Assembly (NCBI RefSeq): GCF_000738915.1 | Contig: NW_026515636.1 | Span: forward strand, 521,175-585,174 | Length of the DNA stretch: 64,000 bases | Origin: Nematocida ausubeli | Taxonomy: Eukaryota | Direction: 5' to 3' | Part shown: positions 10,507 through 20,948 of the stretch, piece by piece | Position numbering within the stretch: the first letter of the stretch is position 1 | Layout: the number at the start of each line of letters is the position of its first letter | Notes under the pieces: model-generated | Databases searched by the model: none | Told to the model about the DNA's origin: nothing | What the model saw: the letters and a program-made list of their open reading frames with translations, nothing else | Made by a program: the position numbers and the translations under genes

Positions 10507-11664
10507 TTATGAATTATCTGCAGTTTCCTTCTTATCTTTAAGATATTCTAGGATCTTTGGGATAATCATCTTCCCTACAAAGAATGTATCTGTCTCATAT
10601 AGAGTCAATTCCGGGTCATTGTTTATCTCTCGCTTAGAGACTTCTTTCCCATCAAATAATATTTTCTGTGCAAAGTCATTGCCTGGGGGTGCATATATAA
10701 AGAACTCTCTCTTACCATTTGCAATGGAGTTTATAATGTAGAACTCATAATTTCGACTCTTTCTGAACTCTTCTATTTCCTTCAAAAATCTCTCTTTTCC
10801 ATCCCTTTCTATCCACTCATTATAACCGTATTTAACTGAACATATTCCAAAAGACCTTTTTGATTTGTCTGGATATAAATACTTCTTATTCCGCATTCCA
10901 ATAATAATCCGAGTACTTCCAGTGCATTTTGCTTCTTCCTTCTTTTTTATTGTAGAGTGTATGGCTTTCGCCTTGTCTATAGGTACTTTTGTCATTTTTA
11001 GTATTCCTTCAATCGCAGATATATCTAATTTATGTGTTCTTTCCGTTAAGAATGACGTGTCTGTAAGGATAGGGATACTTAGAAGAAACATAAACTGGTA
11101 ATTTCCCGGGTTCAGATCAATTTCTGGCTTATAATACATCTGTATATAGTGAAATATTAACGTACAGCAGGAACCAGCATGCAGGTCAATCCACATGCCT
11201 TGAACATGAGGAAATACTCTTTCTTCCTCTATTATACTTCTGTGATCAAGAATTCTCTCTACATGAAAATTTTTGTTTTGAAGAAGTTCTTCTTCTGGGT
11301 TACTAAAATCAACAAGAAATGCATTAATTTCTGTTTCTTTAACGGAAATAGAATCTCTGCCTCTTACAAGAAAAATGTCTTTTCCTTTTGTCTCCAAAAA
11401 AACCAAGTCATCCAAGGATAAGCCCATCTGCTTAGTCACATAGCACAGGTCTTCTTTGTATTCAAATAATTCTCTTGAAATATTTACCACAGGAACTCGA
11501 TTCTCCATCAGACCCAGCACACAGGACCCAATGAATGAATCTTGGTCGCACCCTGTATTCCCTAACGTAATCATGATCTTACCAGTTCCCTTGTAAATCT
11601 TGTATATTTCATCAAATTTACGTGCAAGAGTGCATTTTTGTAGGATTTCTTCTAGTTTATGCAT
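10507..11664 (-). CDS. PPX1: DHH-family exopolyphosphatase (Ppx1/Prune-like)
   Basis: GNTGCDQDS, LVDFSN, ILDHR, GSCCTLI and ILTDT motifs. Confidence 0.8.
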   Translation of the reverse strand: MHKLEEILQKCTLARKFDEIYKIYKGTGKIMITLGNTGCDQDSFIGSCVLGLMENRVPVVNISRELFEYKEDLCYVTKQMGLSLDDLVFLETKGKDIFLVRGRDSISVKETEINAFLVDFSNPEEELLQNKNFHVERILDHRSIIEEERVFPHVQGMWIDLHAGSCCTLIFHYIQMYYKPEIDLNPGNYQFMFLLSIPILTDTSFLTERTHKLDISAIEGILKMTKVPIDKAKAIHSTIKKKEEAKCTGSTRIIIGMRNKKYLYPDKSKRSFGICSVKYGYNEWIERDGKERFLKEIEEFRKSRNYEFYIINSIANGKREFFIYAPPGNDFAQKILFDGKEVSKREINNDPELTLYETDTFFVGKMIIPKILEYLKDKKETADNS

Positions 11665-11827
11665 GAATTTGCACTTAAGAAAGGCTTTTATACTAAGCAG
11701 GGGAATATACGTTGATTATTGGCCATATATTCACATAAATAATTGGCGATATAGGAATATATTTTGGTCTAGAGGTTCTTTTGAACTGCAAGCCCATTAA
11801 TGCACCAGTCTTTATATTAGTCTAAAT

Positions 11828-11870
11828 TCGGGTTATATCGGGTTATATCGGGTTTATATTCGGGATATAT
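11828..11870. repeat. Tandem TCGGGTTATA motif cluster
   Basis: TCGGGTTATA twice plus two degenerate copies. It is the reverse complement of the cluster at 61788-61840. Confidence 0.8.
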
Positions 11871-12536
11871 TAGGGTATTTCAGTGAGTTTTAGTCTATAT
11901 TTCAATGAGATATTTTTATACTCAGAATTCTATTGGTCTCTCCCTTGCCATAGACCAATTTATAGAATAGATTTATAGAGTACTCTAGAGCCTTTGTTTC
12001 TTTGAATTTTCTGTAGGAAAATCACATGAAATATAGACAAAAAGACAGTCTATTTTACACAAAGAGTTCAGCAATTATATACATACAGAGTATACAGACT
12101 TGACTTCTTAAAAGGAGCCATTGTTAGAGTTTAGTATTTATTGAGAACTCAACTCTTTAATTATTTTGATTTTTAAGTTAATTTTGTCATTTATCAAACT
12201 GTTACTAATTAAAACTAAAGATAAAAATTCAGTTAAAATTACCACTATATAGACACTAGATACATATAATATTAATATGCCATCTATCAAAGTAAATGAA
12301 CAAATATTAATTTGTTATTCTAGCCAATATAATCCATGAAATTATATAATTTTCTGAAAATATAACGTACACCATAAGCACTACAATTTTAAATATACTC
12401 GATAAGATATGACTTAAATTGCATATATATGAGTTTATACAGTATTTTTACCTTTCCCCAAGCAGTATACCATAGAGACTACTTATTTCTTTCTGTTAAA
12501 ATTGAAATTAAAATATTTATTTTTTTTATTTTTTAT

Positions 12537-12640
12537 CCCCTGGGCTTAAAACCTCACTCTCCAAGACATAACTGAGATGATCAGCATGCCCCTGCGCAAG
12601 GACGGCATTTTGCTTTGAGAAGTACAGGGGAAACCCTTTA
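12537..12640 (+). ncRNA. U6: U6 spliceosomal snRNA (divergent)
   Basis: ACTGAGA (12571-12577; ACAGAGA-box variant), TGATC, AGC catalytic triad (12583-12585), then ISL ATGCC-CCT-GCGCA-AGG-AC-GGCAT (12586-12608). CCCCTGCGCAAGGA matches human U6 and GAGATGATCAGCA matches yeast U6. Telestem-like pairing of TCTCCAAGACA with TGCTTTGAGA. GC-rich island in AT-rich intergenic DNA; ends approximate. Confidence 0.9.
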
Positions 12641-12653
12641 GTGCTTAATATCC

Positions 12654-15600
12654 TTATTTAGTCTCAATAATTATATGTACCTTTGTGGTTGTAGCATAAC
12701 TTAAGTCAGAAATTAGCTTAGGCGTAATAACAATTGCTTGTTTATCACTGATTGACTTATCTCCAACCAGCATACTATGGATTGTTCTTTCATATCCTGC
12801 ATCCATTCCTTGATTTATTTCATCCACCAGCAAGAACGGGGCATCAGATAGTTTCTGCATAGAAAGAAGGTATAGAATAATGGAAACTGCCTTTTCACCT
12901 CCACTATGCCGTCCTGCTGAGAGTACTTCTAGTTGTCCTTCTGTTCTAAATTGCACCTTCAGGACTAATTTCCACCTACGAGGAAATTCGCAGTACTCTG
13001 CATGTACTTCAGATCCTATCCCAGCTGCATGGAAGAGAGAAGTGGCTTTTTCATTGATATTATTGATTAATCTGTCTATTTCCACTCTAAGTTCTGTTTC
13101 TTTCCTGGTCTTAATTATCTCATGTTTCTCTTGTTCTGACTCTTCTCTTTTAATTGATCTTTCCATCTGCTGCAGTTGTAGTTTACAAGTCTCATACTCT
13201 TCTATTGCAGAGTAGTCTACTATGGATATTTCTGCCTTTGCCTTTTCTTGGGCCAGCATTGAGGTGAGTGTCTTTATGCAGGTTGTGAGTGATTTTATTT
13301 TACTTTTCTTGTCCTCTGTGTCTATGGTGTACGTTGCATCTGCTTCTGCCTTCTTTCTGGTTGCTTGTCTTTTTAATTCTTCAATCTCTTCTGATGCCTT
13401 TAATATACTACTGTGGTCTTCCTTTAAGGCCTGCTTTCCATTAAGTATTTCTGTTTTCTTCTTATTCAGGTCATCGTACTGGGTCTCCATGATTCTTGAC
13501 TTCTGGGCTAACTCCTCAATACTGCTGTAGAGAGCAGTTAGTGGCAGGTTTTTCCAGAAAGGACCTTCTTCCTTCTTTATTCTTCTTAAATCTGCCTCTA
13601 TTCTTTCTTGTTTCTCATTCAAATCTGCACTTTCTTTTGAAATTTCTTCCATTCTTTCTTTGTATGCTTGTTCTTCTCGCTTCAATCTTTCATATTTCTC
13701 TTGCTCCATAAGATCTGCTTCTTTTATTTTCTTCAGTTCATTCAGTCTTTTTTCAATTTGCTCCCTCTTCTGTAGTACGTTCTTCCTGTACTCTGTTCTT
13801 TTTTCTCTTTCCAAAATTAACCGTTTTAATTCTTCTTTTTTTTCTGTTAGATTATATGGCTTTGAAAATACGTCAATTCCCTTTGATATTGGATATATAG
13901 TGAGTGTTTCATCCTTTGTGTACTGTGATCTTCTAATTTCAACTACCCTTTTGTTCGATATTATTCGGGTTATCTTCCTGTACTTACCAAAGAATTCATG
14001 TTCATCAGAAAGTGACAGTTTTGTAACAGGAATATACGATAATTTTGAGAAAATATTCAAGAATTCTTTCACTGCATCTGGTGCCTCAATGCACTCAGAG
14101 AGATAGACCATTTTATATTTTTCATCCAATGGAACTGACTGCATCTTTACTGCTCCTTCTGTACTGTTAATCTGTCTTTCTGTTACATTAATTGCAAGAC
14201 CTCTTTTATCTTTGAATTCCTGAATGAACTCATGGAATGAATCTTTTGAGTGACAGACAAAACACGTCAGTGCATGGACATTCAACTGACTGGAGACTTC
14301 TTCTTTATATTCGTCCTTTGTTATCTTCATTGTTAGAATTGCAGGCAGTGTCACATCCCATTTCTTCTCACTTTTCTTCAATATTTCTACTACAGTGTAT
14401 GTATCTCTATGCATGGCCTTAAGGGTTTCCATCAGTCTTTCTTCTGCTTCATCTCCTTTTTTCAGTTCTATCTCTAGATTCCTTAATTCAGATGCCTTTA
14501 AAGCAGATTCTATCTGCCATGAACTATCTTCCATCTTACTACGTTTATGTTCATCATCTAATCTACTGTACTCTTCTTGTAGATGACTAGTTAATTTTAT
14601 CTTTGGGATTTCTATCTTTCCATTTCTGTTGGGTACTGGCATCTCTACTTTCTCTTTGGTTAGACGAGATATTCTACCTTTTATCACATGAATTTCTTCT
14701 TCTACTAGTCGTTCTTTTTCTTCACTTCTTCTGATCTCAGAGATATTCTGTGTGAATGCTGAGATATCCACCATACTCTCAATCTCTGCTTTTATTCTTT
14801 TTATTCTATCAGTCTCTGCTGCATATTCTGTCTCTAGTACATCTATTCTTCTCTGTTGTTCTTTGTATATTTCTTCTTCTTTCTTTAGTTTTTCCCTTAG
14901 TTCATCTCTTTGGTTCTTTATTGTCTGATACTCCACCCACTTAATTTTACTTTGCAGCAAGCTAATGTGCTCCTTTCTCTCCAAGAATTCTTTTAATTTC
15001 TTCTGTTCTTCTTCAAGTCTTTCCATCTTCTGGTGTAGTTCATTTCTTTGTGATATTTCCTTCTGTAGTTTCTTTTTGTAATCGACTAATCCATCTGAAA
15101 TTTCCTCCAATTCCCTTTTCTTCTGCAGTAGATCTGGCTTACATGCAGTTAAGGTTGTCTCTAATTGTTCTTCTTCCGTGAGAGTAGAGAATTCAGTGAC
15201 TTTATCTTGAGGCAGAAATTGCCCAAGATTATTTATTTGGATACTCAGGGCTTCTGTTATTTCTTTCACTTGGTTTAATGTGGCAGGTATACTATTTATC
15301 TTATACGATGATCCATTTAGTGTTATGGTTCTGGTTATAATTATGTCTATTACTCTGTCTTTCCCGTTGATTTTTACAATTTTAGAGACTTCACTCCTTC
15401 TGTCTGTCCTAATAACAAGTTCAGAGACAGCCTTTGTCTCTCCGTACTTTATAAGCTCATGTACACCCAGAGTCTTACCCATGGTTTTACTGGTGCCCCC
15501 TAGAGTTAATGCAATTGCACCTGCCACTGTACTCTTACCAGAGCCATTCAATCCTGCAATTAAATTCCCATGCGGTGAGAAAATAAATCTAGTATTCGCG

Positions 15601-15656
15601 TACTTCTGGAAATTCACTAAACTCAATGAGTGCAAGAAAGTGTTTCCCATGTGCAA
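12654..15656 (-). CDS. SMC5: Structural maintenance of chromosomes protein 5
   Basis: Walker A GLNGSGKST, QINNLGQFLPQDKV, long coiled coils, HSGGEKAVS and LVDEINQGMD (SMC5-type). Confidence 0.92.
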   Translation of the reverse strand: MHMGNTFLHSLSLVNFQKYANTRFIFSPHGNLIAGLNGSGKSTVAGAIALTLGGTSKTMGKTLGVHELIKYGETKAVSELVIRTDRRSEVSKIVKINGKDRVIDIIITRTITLNGSSYKINSIPATLNQVKEITEALSIQINNLGQFLPQDKVTEFSTLTEEEQLETTLTACKPDLLQKKRELEEISDGLVDYKKKLQKEISQRNELHQKMERLEEEQKKLKEFLERKEHISLLQSKIKWVEYQTIKNQRDELREKLKKEEEIYKEQQRRIDVLETEYAAETDRIKRIKAEIESMVDISAFTQNISEIRRSEEKERLVEEEIHVIKGRISRLTKEKVEMPVPNRNGKIEIPKIKLTSHLQEEYSRLDDEHKRSKMEDSSWQIESALKASELRNLEIELKKGDEAEERLMETLKAMHRDTYTVVEILKKSEKKWDVTLPAILTMKITKDEYKEEVSSQLNVHALTCFVCHSKDSFHEFIQEFKDKRGLAINVTERQINSTEGAVKMQSVPLDEKYKMVYLSECIEAPDAVKEFLNIFSKLSYIPVTKLSLSDEHEFFGKYRKITRIISNKRVVEIRRSQYTKDETLTIYPISKGIDVFSKPYNLTEKKEELKRLILEREKRTEYRKNVLQKREQIEKRLNELKKIKEADLMEQEKYERLKREEQAYKERMEEISKESADLNEKQERIEADLRRIKKEEGPFWKNLPLTALYSSIEELAQKSRIMETQYDDLNKKKTEILNGKQALKEDHSSILKASEEIEELKRQATRKKAEADATYTIDTEDKKSKIKSLTTCIKTLTSMLAQEKAKAEISIVDYSAIEEYETCKLQLQQMERSIKREESEQEKHEIIKTRKETELRVEIDRLINNINEKATSLFHAAGIGSEVHAEYCEFPRRWKLVLKVQFRTEGQLEVLSAGRHSGGEKAVSIILYLLSMQKLSDAPFLLVDEINQGMDAGYERTIHSMLVGDKSISDKQAIVITPKLISDLSYATTTKVHIIIETK

Positions 15657-15870
15657 AAATATTTATATTTGTTTTTATAGAAATATTCAGCTGGAAATCA
15701 AAAATATAATAGAGTAGAAGAGAGATATTTCTGAATGAAAATTAACGGAAAATATACCTGATATAAATTATATTTTATATCTACAGGAATATCCACTCAA
15801 ATTAATAAGAGTGACTTATTTTATAGTAGTATAAGGACTATTTTATTCTATTATATTTGAAAATAAGTCT

Positions 15871-16170
15871 TATTGACGTGACTAAAGGGGGTGACAAGCT
15901 AGTCTGGAGATACTAGTCTAAGATGGTTAGATAGTAGTTGTCCAGTGAGTTATATTATCATATTTTTTCAGTTGGTGACTAAGACCTGTTGCATACTTGT
16001 TGGATGTACTTCTTACTGTTGACATGTTCTGCCTTTTCAGTATTGTTCTTACTATCTTACTATTATATAGTCAGTCTCTGGTATACAAGGAATCTTCTGG
16101 AAGTTGAATTTCTCATTGATGGACTCTTGTGGCTTCAGAATAATGAAAGTGGTATTTTTACCACACTTAT
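15871..16170 (+). repeat. Dispersed intergenic repeat family A, long copy
   Basis: Reverse complement of 41730-42035, for example TGACGTGACTAAAGGGGGTGAC and TATATAGTCAGTCTCTGGTATACAAGGAATCTTCTGGAAG. Confidence 0.85.
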
Positions 16171-16692
16171 TTAAGAAGATATTCTACTAGTATACTATAT
16201 ACTGGGTATAACTAAAATAGTTAAATTATTTGTGAGTTTTTATATAGTATGAAAATATGTTGAAATTAGTCCTTTTGTGTTCTAGTTTTAGAGTGCATTA
16301 TAAGATGTAAATATGTATATATATTAACCCACATACTCCTAGACTAATTAGTACTATTATTCGGGTTATATCTGTATATTTTTGAAGGTCTTTTTAGTAG
16401 AGACTTTACCATGAAAAATAAGCACTAGTTGATCGAACTGGAAATAAGCGAATCAAAGAATATTACTCCTTGATACAGAATTTCATGAATATTTGGCTGC
16501 TCCTATAGAGTGAAAATTAATACTGCATTTAAAATGGCTTTTTTTGACCAATTATTCTCTTCCTGTGCGAAATATTTCCTATGAAAAATATTCAATTGGG
16601 CAGAGAGAAGAAGGCCTTTGGTCCATAAGGAATTTGAATGATTGGTCTACCCCAGAATAAAATACTCCTTATACTACGTCCAAATAGAAGAT

Positions 16693-17250
16693 ATGCCTCC
16701 CTTCGACAACACTGCCTCTGGAGATAAAACAAATCTAAAACAAAGTGTTTCAGAAGACCAAAAGCACGTACAACTGGAGGAAATAATTCTCAAAAGCATA
16801 AATGATCAGGAAAGTCTGTTTACACGTGCATTCTTCACGGAACAGCCTAAATATGAATATACAGACACATATGCCAATGATATAATTGATATGTGCTCAG
16901 CCTACAACCTAGACGACATAATGTACAATCTTCCAAACATAGGTGTAGACAGGTTCGTGCACAGTTCATTAATTCATGATGACCGGGAGAAGGAAGACCA
17001 AATATTCAAGGCAAAGTGCCGTCAGAAGCACATGCCAAAAAGAGATGGCGAAGAAAATAGGCCATTCACCTGTACGTATTCGAATTGTCATAAGGCATTC
17101 AAGCGGTTTGAGCACTTAAAGCGTCATTACCGCATCCATACTGGCGAAAAACCCTTTAAATGCACGGTATACGGCTGCAATAAGTCATTCTCAAGGTCTG
17201 ACAATCTTATGCAGCATGAAAAAATACATATAAACAACCGAAAAATGTAG
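16693..17250 (+). CDS. Two-finger C2H2 zinc-finger transcription factor (Msn2/Seb1/SteA-like fingers)
   Basis: [53 protein letters not shown]. First in-frame ATG is at 16693. Confidence 0.88.
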   Translation: MPPFDNTASGDKTNLKQSVSEDQKHVQLEEIILKSINDQESLFTRAFFTEQPKYEYTDTYANDIIDMCSAYNLDDIMYNLPNIGVDRFVHSSLIHDDREKEDQIFKAKCRQKHMPKRDGEENRPFTCTYSNCHKAFKRFEHLKRHYRIHTGEKPFKCTVYGCNKSFSRSDNLMQHEKIHINNRKM

Positions 17251-17514
17251 CACCAATGGATGATGCACTAATGTTTCATTTTCGTATGGTAGGTTACGTC
17301 GATTCTGAGAAGAACATCTATCCTTGGAGGTGTTCATATTGTGAATAAAATTAAAGAATCTTTTCTAGTTATCAGGTGATAATTTTTGTTATCTGCAGGA
17401 ATAAACGGTTTATTCAATAATCCTAACGGATTTTGCTATTTGAAGATGCATTCTCAAATGTATCTGGTAAGAGATCATTTTGATTCAATCAAATTCTTCC
17501 ATGGAGATTGTCAG

Positions 17515-18912
17515 TTACTGTCTCATTACCCAGTTTGTAAGCAGTTTGACTGGTCTTCCAGTGGCACCCTTTCCATGCAGTTCTGGTGTCAGGGTATTGA
17601 ATGCTACGCCTGCTATGTCAAGGTGTGCCCAAGGTGTCTCCTTAACAAACTCCCTCAGGAAGAGTGCTGCTGTAATTGATCCTCCTGCTGGTCCCCCGAC
17701 ATTCTTTAAGTCTGCAACCTCGGATGAGATCAGGGACTTGTACTCGTCTGTCACAGGCAGTCTCCACAGCTTATCCCCCACCTCAAAGGACGTACTAGCC
17801 AGGGACTCAGCCAGTTCGTCTGAATTACTGAATAGTCCTGCCATGACAGGCCCAAGTGAGACTGTAATTGCACCTGTTAATGTGGCAATATCAATGATCT
17901 TGACAGGATTGAATTTCAATGCATGATCAAGTGCATCAGCCAGAACTAATCTTCCTTCTGCATCTGTGTTATCCACTTCCACACTCTTCCCTGCACTCCC
18001 AATATGTACATCTCCTGGCTTGGTTGCACTCCCGGATGGAAGGTTCTCTGTCAGAGGGATAATCCCAACTACATTTACATTCGCAGACAACCTGGCAAGT
18101 GCACCTATTGTACTAACTACAGAAGCACCTCCTCCCATGTCACCCTTCATGGCTGCCATCTTAGCAGAAGGCTTTAAGCTGATACCACCTGAGTCAAAGG
18201 TAATTCCCTTTCCAACCAAAGCAATACACTCCTTCCCGTCTTCCTTGCCCTTGCTGTAGGAAATCTCAAGAAGCTTAGGCTCTTCAACAGATCCATTCGA
18301 GACCCCTAAGAAGAGATTCATGTTCATCTTCTTTATTTCATCCCTTCCATATACCTTTACAGTTACATCCTTTGGGAGATATGCCTTAGAGTATTCCACG
18401 AATAAGGTTGGTGTCATTTTATTGGCAGGCGTATCCACTAGGAACCTGGCAAAGTTCTGGGCCTCAGATACTTGTATGGCCTGTAGTACATCTATACTTT
18501 CTCCTGTATACACTAGTCTCAATGGAGTATTCTTCTTGCTGTGCAGTAAATCATATTTATACGATGAGATAATAATACCTTCTACTACCCAGGGTGTAAT
18601 TACAGACTCTTTTTCCTTGTCAATTACCACAAACTCAACCTCTTCCTTCAATAGTCTTCCAGTTGCCTTGGCTGCTATGCTTCTGATTTCCGTCAAATTG
18701 TTCATTTTATCCTCTGTTACTTTGCATAGAACACAAACTCTCTCGTTATATACAGTCCACATATTAGATGGATTACCAGGGAGTACAGATGCAATTGCCT
18801 GGATATCACTGGGTAACTCACTTATTTCTTTAAAAAGTATTATTTCCCCTTGTTTTCCTTCTTTTATTTCTGTCTCACTTCTGCAGCATATTCTCTTCCA
18901 ATCTAAATCCAT
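17515..18912 (-). CDS. Cytosolic leucine aminopeptidase (M17)
   Basis: VGKGITFDSGG, MKGDMGG, NTDAEGRL, ATLTGA and WAHLDIAG. Confidence 0.95.
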   Translation of the reverse strand: MDLDWKRICCRSETEIKEGKQGEIILFKEISELPSDIQAIASVLPGNPSNMWTVYNERVCVLCKVTEDKMNNLTEIRSIAAKATGRLLKEEVEFVVIDKEKESVITPWVVEGIIISSYKYDLLHSKKNTPLRLVYTGESIDVLQAIQVSEAQNFARFLVDTPANKMTPTLFVEYSKAYLPKDVTVKVYGRDEIKKMNMNLFLGVSNGSVEEPKLLEISYSKGKEDGKECIALVGKGITFDSGGISLKPSAKMAAMKGDMGGGASVVSTIGALARLSANVNVVGIIPLTENLPSGSATKPGDVHIGSAGKSVEVDNTDAEGRLVLADALDHALKFNPVKIIDIATLTGAITVSLGPVMAGLFSNSDELAESLASTSFEVGDKLWRLPVTDEYKSLISSEVADLKNVGGPAGGSITAALFLREFVKETPWAHLDIAGVAFNTLTPELHGKGATGRPVKLLTNWVMRQ

Positions 18913-18984
18913 TAATATATAAAAATAAAAATACTTTTATGCTAAATTAACCTTAATATACATATATTTATTTAAGTAGACAAG

Positions 18985-19165
18985 AAGATAGTAGGTAGAT
19001 AGTAGTATAGGTAGTAGTATAGATAGGGTAGTAGTATAGATAGTAGTATGGGCAGTAGTATAGATAGGTTAGGTAGGGTAGGTAGATAGTAGTATAAATG
19101 GATAGGTTGGATAGTAGTATAGATATTAGTATAGGTTAGATGGGTAGTAGTATAGGTAGGGTAGT
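18985..19165. repeat. GATA/TAGG-rich simple repeat
   Basis: TAGTAGTATAG and TAGGTAG units directly 5' of a family-A copy. Confidence 0.8.
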
Positions 19166-19340
19166 TGTCAAAGGGGTTTTATTTTTACCATATACTTGAA
19201 TATCTTTGGTTCCTGTAGTATTTCTTATTAGTACTGAATATATTTCTATTGAGAATATTTTACTCTAGTTCTATTAATATTTTCACACTAGTATATGGTA
19301 TTGGTATAGGAAGAATCCTTCTGGAGAGTGAAATTGAAAT
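19160..19340 (+). repeat. Dispersed intergenic repeat family A copy
   Basis: AAAGGGGTTTT...TTTTACCATATAC...GAATATCTTTGG...CTATTGAGAATATTTTACTCT is shared with 32210-32440. Confidence 0.85.
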
Positions 19341-19626
19341 TAAAATTAAAATTGAATATTAGCTTACTAGTACTACAGACTGCAGTCAATATATATATGT
19401 AGATATATGTCTTAGTATAATATATGCCTTAGTGAATTCCCTCAAATATACCTAGATATAAGTACTTCTGGTTTATACTTGCATAATTTTATTTTTCGGT
19501 TATATTGAAGTATGTTGTGATTTGTGAGTTGCTTTTATTTTGTCTTGGAATTAGTTTTATTTTATTCTGGTCACTGCTGCTTCTAAGTATCTTTAATTTC
19601 TTTTCACTTTATTTCTCTTTTTTTTC

Positions 19627-20265
19627 ATGAAAAAAATGGGAAAAGTCTGGCCAGGCGAAATATTAGAGTACACGGATGACTGCCTAGAAGGACATGGAAT
19701 ATATAAAGAATTAGACAGTAAAAATGAAGAAATATTTGTTTCTAGCATAGCAGGCACTGTAAAACAAGTAGATAGACTAATAACAGTTGAAGCAAATACG
19801 TACTGGTATACTCCTGGGGTAGGAGATATTGTAGTAGGAAGAGTCACTGGCATAGCAAATAAAAGATGGTACATTGAGATAAACTCAAGACAGGAGGCAA
19901 TTTTACTCCTTAATGCGATCAGTCTCATAGGGAATGTTCAGAGAAGAAAGGGTGAATTAGATGAAATAATGATGACTGAGTACTACAGCATAGGAGACAT
20001 TGTAATAGCAGAGGTGCAGTCAACAGGGAATAAAATACAATTGCACACAAGAAGTTCCAGATATAGAAAGATATCCTTTGGGGTTCTGATTAAGCTAGAG
20101 AATATATCATCTGAGAATGGAGTGCAGTACCACAAGGAGAAGATCAATGGGAAAGAGGTTGAAATAGTCATAGGCAAGAATGGATATGCTGTAGTACATA
20201 GTGATGATCACACTGCTCATGCAGAGATAAAGGAAGTGGCACTATCACTATCCAACTATACATAA
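19627..20265 (+). CDS. RRP4: Exosome cap subunit Rrp4
   Basis: EGHGIY, YTPGVGDIVVGRV, QRRK, GDIVIAEVQ, LHTRS and IGKNGY. Confidence 0.88.
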   Translation: MKKMGKVWPGEILEYTDDCLEGHGIYKELDSKNEEIFVSSIAGTVKQVDRLITVEANTYWYTPGVGDIVVGRVTGIANKRWYIEINSRQEAILLLNAISLIGNVQRRKGELDEIMMTEYYSIGDIVIAEVQSTGNKIQLHTRSSRYRKISFGVLIKLENISSENGVQYHKEKINGKEVEIVIGKNGYAVVHSDDHTAHAEIKEVALSLSNYT

Positions 20266-20948
20266 AATATAATGAAATCTCATAAACTTTCAATAATATA
20301 CAATTAGATATATCTAGATAGAGAGTGACTTTATTGTCTCTTTTATAGGGATGGTGTCTAAATAAAAGTCCTTTTTAATGTATTTATTGTGCTTTGTATA
20401 TACTAGTATACTAGTCATATAAATGTCTGTTGATTTTCCTGGTATAAAATCAATTTATAACACAGTGGCAGTCAAAGAGACAGAAGTATTATAGTCTCTA
20501 TAAGGAATACTGTTGATCTTATTGTTTTGTTCTTTGTGATCAGTAGATTTTTATAAGTATCCTTTATAAAGTATCTTAATCAATAGATATATATTTCATT
20601 AAAAATCAGTTTATAACATACTATATTTACTGTAGTATTTATATCTTTATAAGGCATAAGACACAGAGATAGATGGAATATTTCCTTTATGTAAATTTCT
20701 ACTAGGTTTCATAATATTCCCTTATACTGTATTATTATACAGTAGTACATACTATTCTAATTTTCTGAATATTTCTAGTTGAAAATAAAATATTAACTCT
20801 CTTTTTTCTTCTGAAGGCTTTCATTTTCATTTTAAAGCGAGGAACTAATGAAGAGAGAAAAAATAAAACCACGGCAAGAACTAAAATAGAAATGCACAAA
20901 ATTAAATAATAAGTACTTTATTAACAAGAATACCATAAGATAGAGTAT

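Noticed and set aside
17255..17340. Possible C/D snoRNA (ATGATG...CTGA) and a GAACATCT/AGGTGTTC hairpin
   Set aside because: Imperfect C box, no rRNA guide that I could recognise, and it lies in the likely 3' UTR of the zinc-finger gene before AATAAA.
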